From a virus (lineage: Duplodnaviria > Caudoviricetes), in the IMG/VR virus record IMGVR_UViG_3300037755_001060, positions 1 through 49,557 of that record: a stretch of 49,557 bases of DNA; one strand, 5' to 3'. The translations under genes and the position numbers were made by a program. The notes below the pieces were generated by a model. That model was given only the letters and a program-made list of their open reading frames with translations. It searched no databases and was not told where the DNA came from. Shown here in pieces: positions 40,880-49,557 of this stretch (the stretch's first letter is position 1; the number at the start of each line of letters is the position of its first letter).

Positions 40880-43800
40880 CTATTGTTCATAGCCATAGCC
40901 CTTGGCGACATAATCGAGCGTCCGCTGTACCCCGGCGCCCATTGAATCCTGATACTGGATGTCGAAGCCGGTTTCGTCTTTGTTGGTGATAATGCGCTTG
41001 TCGCCGCTGGCCATATCCTGGTCGCCGTAACCGATGCCCTTCAACGTATGGAATGGCGGAACGAAGGTCACGCGCAGGCCGGTATCAGGAACAACAATAT
41101 CTTCTCGCGCGTCGACACGATCGTCCATGTCGACCGTGACGCTGAGCTCCTGCACCACCGGCTGGATGGCCGGGTCGAAGCTTTCCAGGATCAGGCGGAA
41201 CTCGAACGCGCGCGCCGTGTAGTCGCCGACGACGAAATCCTGCCAGTCGGACCAGTCGACCGGCGAGCCCAATGGATCGTCCACGGTGAACCGGAGTTGC
41301 AAGGTGACCGACCATTGCTCGGGGTCGCCGCCGCCCAGCGTTGGCACGCCGGCGAGCGGATTCCAGCTCGCCATGACGTTGGCGATGTTGCTGCCGAACG
41401 CCTTGACGTGCGCGGTCAGGCGCGAGGTGTAGACCGCGCCGAGGTCCACCGAATTGGCGAACTCGTAGAGGCCCTCGATCTCGACCGCCTCCGGGCTGTC
41501 GCCGGTCAGCGACATGACCAGCGTGCCGCCGGCCTCCTCGCAATGCGTCTTGGCGCCGGCCCAGGCGGGCGAGTCGTCGTGCTCGCTGACCGTCTCGACC
41601 GCGTTCAAGCCCTCGACCCCGGCGATCGTGGTGACGATCAAGGTCGCATTCATGCTCTCGGCGCCGGCCGGCGCGGTTTCGGACGGCAGGCGCACGGCCT
41701 TGATAAGATAGGTGCCGTCGAGCGCCGGGACCTGCACCGAGGTCGCGTCGACATGGGGTTGCAGATCGACCGCGCTGCCCCAGGTGGCGCCAGTCGTCAC
41801 CGGCGCGAACTTGATGCGGTAGTGGCTGAGCGCGAGGTCGGCGGACGGCGACCAGGTCAGGGTCGCGAGCGCGCCCACCACCGAGATGCGGAAATTCTCC
41901 ACGTCGGGCGGCGCAGCGCCCAAGCCCAGCACGTTGTCCTCGAGCGCGCGCCAGGCGCTCGGCTGGCCGCCGCTGGCGAGGCTGCGCACCCGGAAGCGCC
42001 AGGTGCCGACGCGCGTGTCCTGGATGTCGACGCTGTTGAGCCCGCGGATGTCGACCGCGCGGTATTCCTCGCCCGGTGGCGCGGCCTGGATCTCGTAGAG
42101 CATCACGCGCGGGTCGGGCGACGGCTCCCAGGACAGGGTGACCGCCGACTTGATCGACGCCTGCACCAGATAGAGATACTCGGCGATCGACAGGCCCGAG
42201 GGCGGCAGGATCGGGCCCGCGGGCAGCGCCGTGAAGCTCGGCGGATCGATCGTCAGGTTCTGCTCGACGCGGTCGTACTTGGTCGCGTCGTGGAACAGCG
42301 CGGTGACCTCGAACAGATGCTTGTCGGTCTCGCGCACCGCCAGCACGCGGAATGGCCGGGGCGCGGCGTCGGTGCCGGTCAGCACCCACAGCGCGTTGGC
42401 GGCCGGCGCCTGGCTGAGCGGCGAGTCAAGCGCCATGACCGCGCTCTCGCCCGGGCCGTTGGTCACCGCGATCGTCTCGATGGTGGCGTCGGGCAGAACG
42501 ACCGACAGGCTGTAGGTTTCGCCCGCCTGCAGATCGACCGATTTGTCGAGCGTGACCGCGTCGACGGTGGCGCTCGCGACGCGCCCGCCATAGCGCACGC
42601 CGGCATAGGCCGGATCGGCGATGTGGACGATCATGCCCGGCATGACCGGACGCCCCTCGGCGCCGAACAGATGGTCGAGCGAGGCGGTATAGCTGACGGT
42701 CTCGGTCTCGTGCCGCTCGCTGTCGAGGATCCAGCGGCCGAAGCGGATGGCCTGGCCGCGCGAGGTGCAGCCATAGGCCGCGACCTCGGCCTGGCGCCAG
42801 CCGAAGCGGTCGATGCCTTCGGGATCCTCGACCACCTCGACCGCCGGGCGGCAGCCGTCGGCCGGGTCGTACCAGGTGACCAGCGCGACCGTGTGGCGCG
42901 CCTTCAGCCCGGCGCCCGAATAGTTGAACAGGCCGCCGACGACGTTGGCCGGCGCGACCAGGAACATCGGGTCGGCCGGCATGTCGGCCGCCGCGAACAC
43001 CGAGCCGGTCGCCCAATAGGTCAGGCCGCGGAACGCCGAGGCGATCCCCTGGATGACCTTGTAGGCTTCCTCGCGACTGCTGATCCAGTAGTTGAAGGTG
43101 AAGCGCGGCTCGGTGCCGCCGAAGCCGTCGGGCACCAGGGCGTCGCAATATTGCGCGATCTCGAACAGGCCCCACTTGTCGACCTGGCTCGCGTCGATCG
43201 ATTCGCCCAGGCCGTAGCGCGGGTTGGTCAGGAGGTCATAGAGCACCCAGGCGGGGTTGTCGGACCACGCGATCTGGAAGGTGCCGTCCCAGATGCCGTC
43301 ATACTCACGGGTCTCCGGGTCGTAGTTGCTCGGCACCTTGAGCTTGATGCCCTTGATGTAATAGCGCCGGCGCGGCACCCGGCCGCCGAACGACTGGGCG
43401 TCGACCGCAAGGCCGATCAGCGCCGAATCGGGATAGATGAGGCGATGGTCGACGATCTCGGTGTAGCTCGACCAGAACGTCTTGTTCTGGATGTTGGCCG
43501 AGAGGTTGTCGGCGGTGACCCGCGCGACCTTGACGTTCCAGGGCGCGCCGCCGGCCGGCAGGTCGACGCGGTAGCTGCGCTCGTAGGCGCTGGTCGTCTT
43601 GCCCTGGACCGTGTCGCTGACATAGGTCTCGTAGCTGCCGCCGTCGGCCTGCACGTCGATGCGGATCGCGACCGACGTGCCGTTCAGATCGCCGGTCGTG
43701 GTGTTCTGGCTGGTCAGCGCCGGGAAGCGCAGGGTGACCCGCACCGCGTCGACATTGGCGTCCGCGATTTGGCGCACCACCGCGCCGTCGCCCGAGCCCG

Positions 43801-44176
43801 AGCCGAGCGGGTTGTCCTTGGTCACCTCGACGCCGACCACGACCTCGGATTCGGCGGCGGCGAAGCCGGGCAGCGGCGACTGGTCGGGCAGGCCGGCCAG
43901 CGCGGCCAGCTGGACGTTCGAGAAATTGAAGCTCTCGTCGGCGTTCTGGAGCAGCGTGTCCTCGAACGCGACGGACTGGCCGGGGATCTCGGTGCCGAAG
44001 CCCTCGATCTCGCCTTCGCTCACGATGTCGACGACGCGCGCGGTGGCGATCGAGCGCAGGTCGTTCGGCGCCTCGACCGGCGCGCGCGCGGTCTGCCCGC
44101 CGCCGCCGCCCTTGCCGCCGCCGCCGGCGCCGCGCACGGCGATCCCGGCGCGCGCCAGTCGCCCGCGCGCCCGCAT
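40880..44176 (-). CDS. gpJ: tail tip / central fibre protein J (TipJ)
   Basis: GGGGKGG, D..SEGEIEG, YP.SAL, KVP.NYDP.TR.Y.G.WDG.F..AW..NPAW, YCD..VPDG.GG.EPRF, GCTSRGQA.R.G.W. Confidence 0.96.
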   Translation of the reverse strand: MRARGRLARAGIAVRGAGGGGKGGGGGQTARAPVEAPNDLRSIATARVVDIVSEGEIEGFGTEIPGQSVAFEDTLLQNADESFNFSNVQLAALAGLPDQSPLPGFAAAESEVVVGVEVTKDNPLGSGSGDGAVVRQIADANVDAVRVTLRFPALTSQNTTTGDLNGTSVAIRIDVQADGGSYETYVSDTVQGKTTSAYERSYRVDLPAGGAPWNVKVARVTADNLSANIQNKTFWSSYTEIVDHRLIYPDSALIGLAVDAQSFGGRVPRRRYYIKGIKLKVPSNYDPETREYDGIWDGTFQIAWSDNPAWVLYDLLTNPRYGLGESIDASQVDKWGLFEIAQYCDALVPDGFGGTEPRFTFNYWISSREEAYKVIQGIASAFRGLTYWATGSVFAAADMPADPMFLVAPANVVGGLFNYSGAGLKARHTVALVTWYDPADGCRPAVEVVEDPEGIDRFGWRQAEVAAYGCTSRGQAIRFGRWILDSERHETETVSYTASLDHLFGAEGRPVMPGMIVHIADPAYAGVRYGGRVASATVDAVTLDKSVDLQAGETYSLSVVLPDATIETIAVTNGPGESAVMALDSPLSQAPAANALWVLTGTDAAPRPFRVLAVRETDKHLFEVTALFHDATKYDRVEQNLTIDPPSFTALPAGPILPPSGLSIAEYLYLVQASIKSAVTLSWEPSPDPRVMLYEIQAAPPGEEYRAVDIRGLNSVDIQDTRVGTWRFRVRSLASGGQPSAWRALEDNVLGLGAAPPDVENFRISVVGALATLTWSPSADLALSHYRIKFAPVTTGATWGSAVDLQPHVDATSVQVPALDGTYLIKAVRLPSETAPAGAESMNATLIVTTIAGVEGLNAVETVSEHDDSPAWAGAKTHCEEAGGTLVMSLTGDSPEAVEIEGLYEFANSVDLGAVYTSRLTAHVKAFGSNIANVMASWNPLAGVPTLGGGDPEQWSVTLQLRFTVDDPLGSPVDWSDWQDFVVGDYTARAFEFRLILESFDPAIQPVVQELSVTVDMDDRVDAREDIVVPDTGLRVTFVPPFHTLKGIGYGDQDMASGDKRIITNKDETGFDIQYQDSMGAGVQRTLDYVAKGYGYEQ

Positions 44177-44880
44177 CAGGTCAGGACTTCGACGAGGATG
44201 TGGGCGAACAGCCCGTTCTTGGCGTCGAGCGGCGGCGGCACCGGCGTCTGCACGCCGAAGCTCTCCGCCTCGAGGCCGGCCGACGCGACGACCGAGCCGC
44301 ACCAGAACGTGCCGTAGCACAGCGGCAGCGCGCCGCCCTGCTCGGACATGTTGACCGAGCCGTTGAACAGGAACGACGGCCGCTGGTCGACCGGGTTGCG
44401 CTGATCGAAATCGTTGGCCTGGGGCGTCGGTGCCATGAGCTGCGACACGCCGGCCACGATCAGTCCGACGCCGATCACCGCGACGGACGCCGTGGTCATG
44501 CCGGCCGCGCCGAGCAGGCCTGGCAGCGCGGCCGCGCCCGAGCCGCCGCTCAGCACCACGACCGCCGCGATCAGGATGACGCCGACGACGATCTTGGCGA
44601 TCGAGCCGCCGCGCCCGCCGCCGGCGCCGGCCACGACCGGCACGATATGAAGGTCGGCCTTGCCCAGACGGAAGCCGAGATCCTCGTGGCCCAGCGCCAT
44701 GCCCGCTTCGAGCGGGCCGCGGATGACGCGAAACCGGCCGGGCGCGACGAAGGCGCGGAAGCCCGGCACGATCGCCGCCAGCGCGCGCCCCGCCTCGCCC
44801 GCCGTCGCCACGTCGAGCCGGTACGACGGCCCGAACCGATCGCGCAGCGCGCCGTGCAGGTGGATGGTGCGCAGGGTCAT
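44176..44880 (-). CDS. gpI: tail assembly protein I
   Basis: I.LHG.L...FG, I.IVPV.AG, S.LF.G..N...QG..LP..YG....GS.V.SAG. Confidence 0.93.
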   Translation of the reverse strand: MTLRTIHLHGALRDRFGPSYRLDVATAGEAGRALAAIVPGFRAFVAPGRFRVIRGPLEAGMALGHEDLGFRLGKADLHIVPVVAGAGGGRGGSIAKIVVGVILIAAVVVLSGGSGAAALPGLLGAAGMTTASVAVIGVGLIVAGVSQLMAPTPQANDFDQRNPVDQRPSFLFNGSVNMSEQGGALPLCYGTFWCGSVVASAGLEAESFGVQTPVPPPLDAKNGLFAHILVEVLT

Positions 44881-45599
44881 GGGGCGTGCCTAAGCCAGAT
44901 GCCGGCGCTCAGATATTTGTGCCAGATGGCGGCGGGCGAGCGGCGGCTGAGCGAGCCCTGCAGGTGGTGCAGGATCAGATTGCCGCCGAGATAGATGCCG
45001 CCGTGGTTCGGCACCTTCGAGCGGTACTGGATGAGGAAGACGTCGCCCGCGCGCTTGTCGTCATAGCCGACGCGCGCGAAGCCGGCCTGGGCATAGACGT
45101 CGCGGTAGATGTCCTTGCCCGCGGCCCACCAGAAATGGTCGCGCGGGAAATCCGGGATCGCGACGCCCCGCTCGAGGCGGTGCCAGTCGCGGATCAGCGC
45201 GCCGCAATCGCCCTTGCCGTCGGTGCCCGAGGGGCCGTGCCGGAACGCGCGGCCGACCAGCGGCGGCGGCTCGAGCATGTCGCCCCAGTAGAACGGCGCG
45301 CTGCACGTCCGGCCGTCGGTCGCGACCAACCCCCACGGTACGGCCGCGGCCATCTGGCCGGCGATGTCGGCGGCCGAGGGCCAGGGCTGGCCGTTGGTGT
45401 GGCTGTGCACCACGGCCTGGACCTCGTGCTCGAGCCAGGCGCCGGCCGCGATCTCGAACTCGCGCGGCCGGCCGGGCTCAGGGTCGGGTGCGATGTTCCG
45501 CTGCGGCAGATAGCGCCCGCCGACGATGAAGCCGCACGCCTCGCGCGGATGCTCGGCGATGGCGTGTGCCTTGATCGCCGCGACGGCGTCGGGGAACAT
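44877..45599 (-). CDS. gpK: tail assembly protein K (JAB + NlpC/P60)
   Basis: HA..E.P.EACG, VHSH, S..D, L.GR.F.HG, DC..LIRD, NH.GIY.G...ILHH. Confidence 0.95.
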   Translation of the reverse strand: MFPDAVAAIKAHAIAEHPREACGFIVGGRYLPQRNIAPDPEPGRPREFEIAAGAWLEHEVQAVVHSHTNGQPWPSAADIAGQMAAAVPWGLVATDGRTCSAPFYWGDMLEPPPLVGRAFRHGPSGTDGKGDCGALIRDWHRLERGVAIPDFPRDHFWWAAGKDIYRDVYAQAGFARVGYDDKRAGDVFLIQYRSKVPNHGGIYLGGNLILHHLQGSLSRRSPAAIWHKYLSAGIWLRHAP

Positions 45600-45635
45600 C
45601 AGGAACCGCTCGACCAAACCGTCGACGGAAGGTCA

Positions 45636-45727
45636 ACCACAGAGGCACAGAGACACAGAGGGAAAAGGACTGCGCCGCGCAGCGGCGCCGGAGGCCTTCC
45701 TGCTCTGTGTCTCTGTGCCTCTGTGGT
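45636..45727. mobile_element. palindromic element family B, copy 4
   Basis: ACCACAGAGGCACAGAGACACAGAG...CTCTGTGTCTCTGTGCCTCTGTGGT. Confidence 0.85.
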
Positions 45728-45777
45728 GAGCCGCTTCCCGATCGTCATTGCCCCCTCTCTTTTGCCGGCTGGCGAAA

Positions 45778-46005
45778 TCAGGCGTCGAGAAAGAGCGGAT
45801 CGTCGATGAATGGCCGGATAAGCGGTCGGACGATGCGCAGCCAGAAATTGCGGCGGCGAATGAACCGCGCGGCCTTGCAATTGACATCGGGCGCGTCGGA
45901 GTCGCGAAAAGGCGAGCCGAGCCACGACCAGGGCCCGAAGGCGACCAGCTGTTCGGCCTCGCTGCCATCCTTGAATCGCCGTTTAATGTGGGGTGACATA
46001 CCCAT
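45778..46005 (-). CDS. hypothetical protein inserted between L and K
   Basis: AAGGAG RBS, MGMSPHIKRRF.... Confidence 0.55.
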   Translation of the reverse strand: MGMSPHIKRRFKDGSEAEQLVAFGPWSWLGSPFRDSDAPDVNCKAARFIRRRNFWLRIVRPLIRPFIDDPLFLDA

Positions 46006-46025
46006 AGTGAATCTCCTTCCGTTGC

Positions 46026-46808
46026 CTACTGGACCCGCACCTTGGCCAGTCCCGGGAACGCGCGCGTGGGCAGCGGGTCGGTGCCGAAGCGCAGCGTGCA
46101 GTCGCTCAGTTTCTTGCCGCAATCGTCGAGCGCGGGCGAGCCGACCGGCGCGCCGGTGCGGCTGAAGAAGTCGTCGCCCTCGTAGGGGCATGTCGCCTTG
46201 GTGAAATCGAAATCGTTGAGCTCGGGCCGGAACACGCGGTAGCGGTGCGTGCACGAATCGCGCAGCGCCTGGCGGCCGGGCAGGAAGCGGCCCTCCTGGT
46301 CGATCGCGGCCGACAACTCCCACTCGATGAAGATCTTGTTGTGGCTGACCTTGCGCTCGACCCGAAAGATGTCGGGCTCATAATGCGCGTCAGGGTCGGC
46401 GTCGGGCTCGCCATCGAGAAACCGGCGGAAGGTGCGCAGACGCGTCAGGGTCGCGCCGAGCAGATCGTCGAACGCGATGACCGCCGCCGACATAACGAGG
46501 TGCGCGTTGGCGATGCGGATGCGCGGCGTCGGCAGGGTGCCGCGGCCGTTCCACTCGAAGCCCTCGGCCTCGATGTCGATCGGCGTGTAGATATGCCCGC
46601 CATAGGACACCACCTGGGCGCCCTTGGTGTTCATGGTGAAGCGGTAGACGTCGCCGCCGATCGCGGTCGCGTCGAGCTCGAACAGGTGCACGACGTCGCC
46701 CGCCGCCAGCGACTGGCCGACGGACGCGATGGTCGCCGCAGCCGCGAGGTCGGTCGTCCAGGCGCTGCCCCACGAGCCGCCCCAGGAGCCGCCCCAGGGA
46801 TCAGCCAC
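46026..46808 (-). CDS. gpL: minor tail protein L
   Basis: LFELD.T.IGG, Y.P..I.AEGFE, P.P...I.N, DL.GA..TR.RT..RFLD, C...YR, C.Y.G, D.CGK.LS.C.LRFG. Confidence 0.95.
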   Translation of the reverse strand: MADPWGGSWGGSWGSAWTTDLAAAATIASVGQSLAAGDVVHLFELDATAIGGDVYRFTMNTKGAQVVSYGGHIYTPIDIEAEGFEWNGRGTLPTPRIRIANAHLVMSAAVIAFDDLLGATLTRLRTFRRFLDGEPDADPDAHYEPDIFRVERKVSHNKIFIEWELSAAIDQEGRFLPGRQALRDSCTHRYRVFRPELNDFDFTKATCPYEGDDFFSRTGAPVGSPALDDCGKKLSDCTLRFGTDPLPTRAFPGLAKVRVQ

Positions 46809-46823
46809 CGCCGGCCTCGCGCA

Positions 46824-47774
46824 TCACGCCGCCGGCCCCCACTCGGTGCCGGGCTGCCCGTCGCCGCCGATCTCGATTTCGTTGACGTGGGTGACGTTGG
46901 CGTCGACCTTGCCCGCGACGCCGAAAGAGAACTGGTCGGTCACGGCCTGTATCGCATCGAGCTTGTCGTCGAGGGTCGTGCCGGTGTCGGTCAGGATGTC
47001 GGCCAGGGTCGAGGCGAGCGCGGCGATGTCGGCCGCGAGCGAGACGGACGGCGAGCCGATCAGCGCGGCAAGCGCATTGGTCGCCGCGATGACGAGCGAC
47101 TGATCGGCCGGGTCGTCGGGCAGATTATCAGTGCGCACCTTGATCGCCGCGAGCTGCGTCGAGTTGGCGTCGATGTCGGCGGTGATCTCCCCGACGGTCG
47201 GCGCGCTGCCGCCGGTCGGTGCCTCTTCGAGTGCGTTCGCGGTGTAGCGCGCGACGCCGCCGTCGCTCTCGACCAGCTCGTTCAGGAGCGCGTCGGGCGC
47301 GCCGGGCTTGCTCGCCGGGTCGTAGGTGACGGCCAGCAGGTGGTCGAGGTGGTTGGCGACGATGGCGGCGTTGGCCGCGGCCAGCAGGGCGTCGCTGGCA
47401 TCGCCGCCCTCGACCTCCGTCACATTGGCCGGCAGCAGGCCGGTCGCCGACGCGCCGATCAGCGCGTCGTAGATCGCCTCCTCGAGCACGGTCAACTCGT
47501 GATAGACCGGCAGCGCGCCGGCTTCGTGCACCATCAATTGAAGCCGGCCGACCGTGTTGGTGTCGGTGGCGTCGAGCGTGATCGTGTAGTAGCCGATCTC
47601 GTCGTGCGTGCCGCCGCCCGAGTTCTTGGCCACGATGTTGGCGCCGTTCTTGGACAGGCGGATGTCGGTGTTCGAGATCGTCAGGCTGGTCAACGCCGTG
47701 TTGCCATCCGCGTCGTCGAGGAACGGGCCGATCAGCAGACTCTGCGACGCGGTCGATTGCTTGAGATACTGCAT
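46824..47774 (-). CDS. putative virion structural protein
   Basis: LKQSTA.....GPF.D..DG.T..T.LTI....I.LSKNG...GYY...L...DT.T.G.L; lies within the tail module. Confidence 0.7.
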   Translation of the reverse strand: MQYLKQSTASQSLLIGPFLDDADGNTALTSLTISNTDIRLSKNGANIVAKNSGGGTHDEIGYYTITLDATDTNTVGRLQLMVHEAGALPVYHELTVLEEAIYDALIGASATGLLPANVTEVEGGDASDALLAAANAAIVANHLDHLLAVTYDPASKPGAPDALLNELVESDGGVARYTANALEEAPTGGSAPTVGEITADIDANSTQLAAIKVRTDNLPDDPADQSLVIAATNALAALIGSPSVSLAADIAALASTLADILTDTGTTLDDKLDAIQAVTDQFSFGVAGKVDANVTHVNEIEIGGDGQPGTEWGPAA

Positions 47775-48713
47775 CTAGGCCGCCTTCATCTGCCGATAGT
47801 GGTGATACAGGACCGGGATCGAGACGCCGCCCGGCGCGGCCGCCATGATGAAATGGATGCGCACGCCCGAGCCGTTGCTCATGCCGGCCGACGCGCCCGC
47901 GGCGGCGCTGGTGCTGGTCGAGACGCAGGGCCGGATGGTCTCGCTGTTCACGGTCGACACCGCGAGCTGGGTGCAGCCCGAGAGCGTCAAGGTCGTGTCG
48001 GTGAAATCGCGCAGGATCACGAGCGGATAGTCGTCGGTGGTGTTGCCGGCCGGCGCCGCCAGCGAGACGCTGGAGCCGAGGGTGTTGTCCGCCACCGTCG
48101 CGCGGATGCTGTCGGTGGCGCCCGCGCCTTGGTGGACCCCCGCGAGCAGGCCGTAGAACAGCGTCGGCCCGCCGTCATAGCCGCTACCCGGCAGGGTCCA
48201 GACTAGGTCGGCCGTGCCGGCGATGCCCTGGATGCCGTAGACGGTGAAACTGTTGGCGATGCTGTCGCCGCCCGAGACGGCATAGAGCTGCGTCACGTTG
48301 ACGCCACCGAACGTGCCGGTGGTCGGCACACCGCGGCCGGTCGAGAAGCCGCCGTCGAAGGCCGAGGTGGCGACCCAGAGGAAGTTCGCCTGCGTGCCGG
48401 ACGGGTTGGTGTTGATCGACGTCGTGCCGGTCGTGAACACCGTCGGGCCGGTGACGACGCTGATCGCCGCGTGCTGCGGCACGATCAGCCGGTCGCGCCC
48501 GGGCACGCTGATGTCCAGCGTGCCCTCTCGGCGTAACGCATAAGAGGGCGGCCGCAACGGCGGCCGCCCGGGCAGGATGACGCGGCGTTGCGCCGGCATC
48601 AGCAGGCCGCGCTCGAAGCACCACGCCGAGCGGCCGGGCACCTCGAGCCGGCGCAGCGCCTCGCGCGCCAGCAGCCCAGGCGGCGTTGCGCTATGGCCCG
48701 TGCCGAGCCTCAT
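47775..48713 (-). CDS. putative tail-associated beta-rich protein
   Basis: Thr/Gly/Ser-rich domain; C-terminal IPVL.HHYRQ motif; ATGA-coupled. Confidence 0.65.
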   Translation of the reverse strand: MRLGTGHSATPPGLLAREALRRLEVPGRSAWCFERGLLMPAQRRVILPGRPPLRPPSYALRREGTLDISVPGRDRLIVPQHAAISVVTGPTVFTTGTTSINTNPSGTQANFLWVATSAFDGGFSTGRGVPTTGTFGGVNVTQLYAVSGGDSIANSFTVYGIQGIAGTADLVWTLPGSGYDGGPTLFYGLLAGVHQGAGATDSIRATVADNTLGSSVSLAAPAGNTTDDYPLVILRDFTDTTLTLSGCTQLAVSTVNSETIRPCVSTSTSAAAGASAGMSNGSGVRIHFIMAAAPGGVSIPVLYHHYRQMKAA

Positions 48714-49003
48714 TGCCGCGTCCCGATGCCATCGTCGGCCAGCGACACCGACTCCCGCGCCGCATCCTTGAAGGCCGCTACCTCGGCGGCTTTCTCGACC
48801 GGCGTCAGCGCGTCGGACAGCACCTCGCCACCCGGCTCGAGACGCGCGGCGGCGACGAACGCATCGGCCACGTAGACGAAGCACCCCCCGGTCTTCTCCT
48901 CGACCAGCCAGGACGCATAGGCGTCCTTGGGCAGACCGCGGCGCTGGCCGTGGGCACCGCGCCAGGCATCGGCCTCGGCACGGGTAGAGAATTTCCTCAG
49001 CAT
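48710..49003 (-). CDS. hypothetical protein
   Basis: 97 aa ORF coupled to the downstream gene. Confidence 0.55.
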   Translation of the reverse strand: MLRKFSTRAEADAWRGAHGQRRGLPKDAYASWLVEEKTGGCFVYVADAFVAAARLEPGGEVLSDALTPVEKAAEVAAFKDAARESVSLADDGIGTRQ

Positions 49004-49073
49004 ATCAACGCTTTCGGCTATGGCGGTGGGCTGGGACTCGCATAGAGAGTCCTACGCGTGCTATGGACTCGCC

Positions 49074-49214
49074 ATGCGAGTCCGCACGATCCTGGCACTC
49101 GGTTTCGGCTACCTCGCCCACGGCCTGATCACCTATCCGGCGGTGTGGCTCGGGCTGCTGCTCGCCGGCGCCATCCTCCTGGCCGCCGGCGGCATCGACG
49201 CATGGCTGGGCTAG
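49074..49214 (+). CDS. small membrane protein (opposite-strand moron)
   Basis: MRVRTILALGFGYLAHG...; hydrophobic. Confidence 0.4.
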   Translation: MRVRTILALGFGYLAHGLITYPAVWLGLLLAGAILLAAGGIDAWLG

Positions 49215-49302
49215 GCGACCCGCTCGACCGGCCGCCCGATTGGGGCTATCTGGCGTTCCTGTGCATCGTCGCGGGCTGCGCGATCCTCGCCGCGACCTTC
49301 CT

Positions 49303-49557
49303 CTAGAGATCGAAGACCTGCCGGAACGTCACGGCGACGGTGTCGAAGCCGGCGAGGTTGGCGGTGCGGTTCCAGCGCCGGGCGAGGACCTTGATGGCCG
49401 CGTCGTAGCGCGGTGGGGTCCAGTCGATGGCCTCGACGCCGGCGCGGGCGCGCAGGAAATCGACCAGCGTGTCGGCCTCGTCGGCCTCGAGATTGTCCCA
49501 GACCACGGTGAACTCGGACCCGAGCGCGTTGAGGCCGTCGCCGGCGCGCTGGAAATA
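49303..49557 (-). CDS. gpM: minor tail protein M (5' end outside the window)
   Basis: Y.QR..DGLN....F.V.W........L..FL....G.....WTPP ... TF.QVFD. Confidence 0.9.
   Translation of the reverse strand, partial: YFQRAGDGLNALGSEFTVVWDNLEADEADTLVDFLRARAGVEAIDWTPPRYDAAIKVLARRWNRTANLAGFDTVAVTFRQVFDL

Noticed and set aside
40888-40910. ATAGCCCTTGGCGAC resembling a family C core
   Set aside because: There is no outer stem, and it encodes the ordinary YVAKGYG C-terminus of gpJ.
41048-44317. 1089-aa + strand ORF and similar long antisense ORFs (3932-5851, 7878-9698, 9813-12371, 46245-48206)
   Set aside because: These are shadow ORFs opposite well-supported genes in high-GC DNA, with no motifs.

Overview
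About 50 kb of a GC-rich (roughly 70% by eye) temperate, lambda-like siphophage, most likely infecting an alphaproteobacterium (GcrA-like and DUF6456-like genes). It appears to be in the excised (attP) form, with most genes on the - strand. Read in the direction of the - strand, the window runs: tail tip genes M-L-K-I-J and a fibre, a lysis region, an oppositely oriented (+ strand) early-left arm (accessory genes, attP carrying the 5' half of tRNA-Cys, tyrosine integrase, Xis), a CI/Cro switch with matched operator pairs, a long early-right arm (DUF2303, three DNA methyltransferases, SSB, DUF5906 helicase, several nucleotide/RNA-acting enzymes), a DUF6456 late regulator, an HNH nuclease, a candidate cos region and the start of TerS. 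The outstanding feature is at 27368-29548. A stand-alone RAMP/Cas7-like gene and a second small gene are embedded among ten non-coding units. Each unit is a run of GG(C/T)-NN pentamers ending in a GGTC-N4-GACC hairpin, and units within an array are joined by a conserved linker. The variable dinucleotides look like a gapped guide code: one unit decodes to the RGxSxERGYGxxWQ motif of phage HNH packaging nucleases, which this phage's own HNH lacks. This suggests an RNA-guided anti-competitor system. The genome also carries three families of short palindromic REP/MITE-like elements, some nested in each other and several inserted in frame in genes. All family assignments are by motif recognition only; no searches were run.
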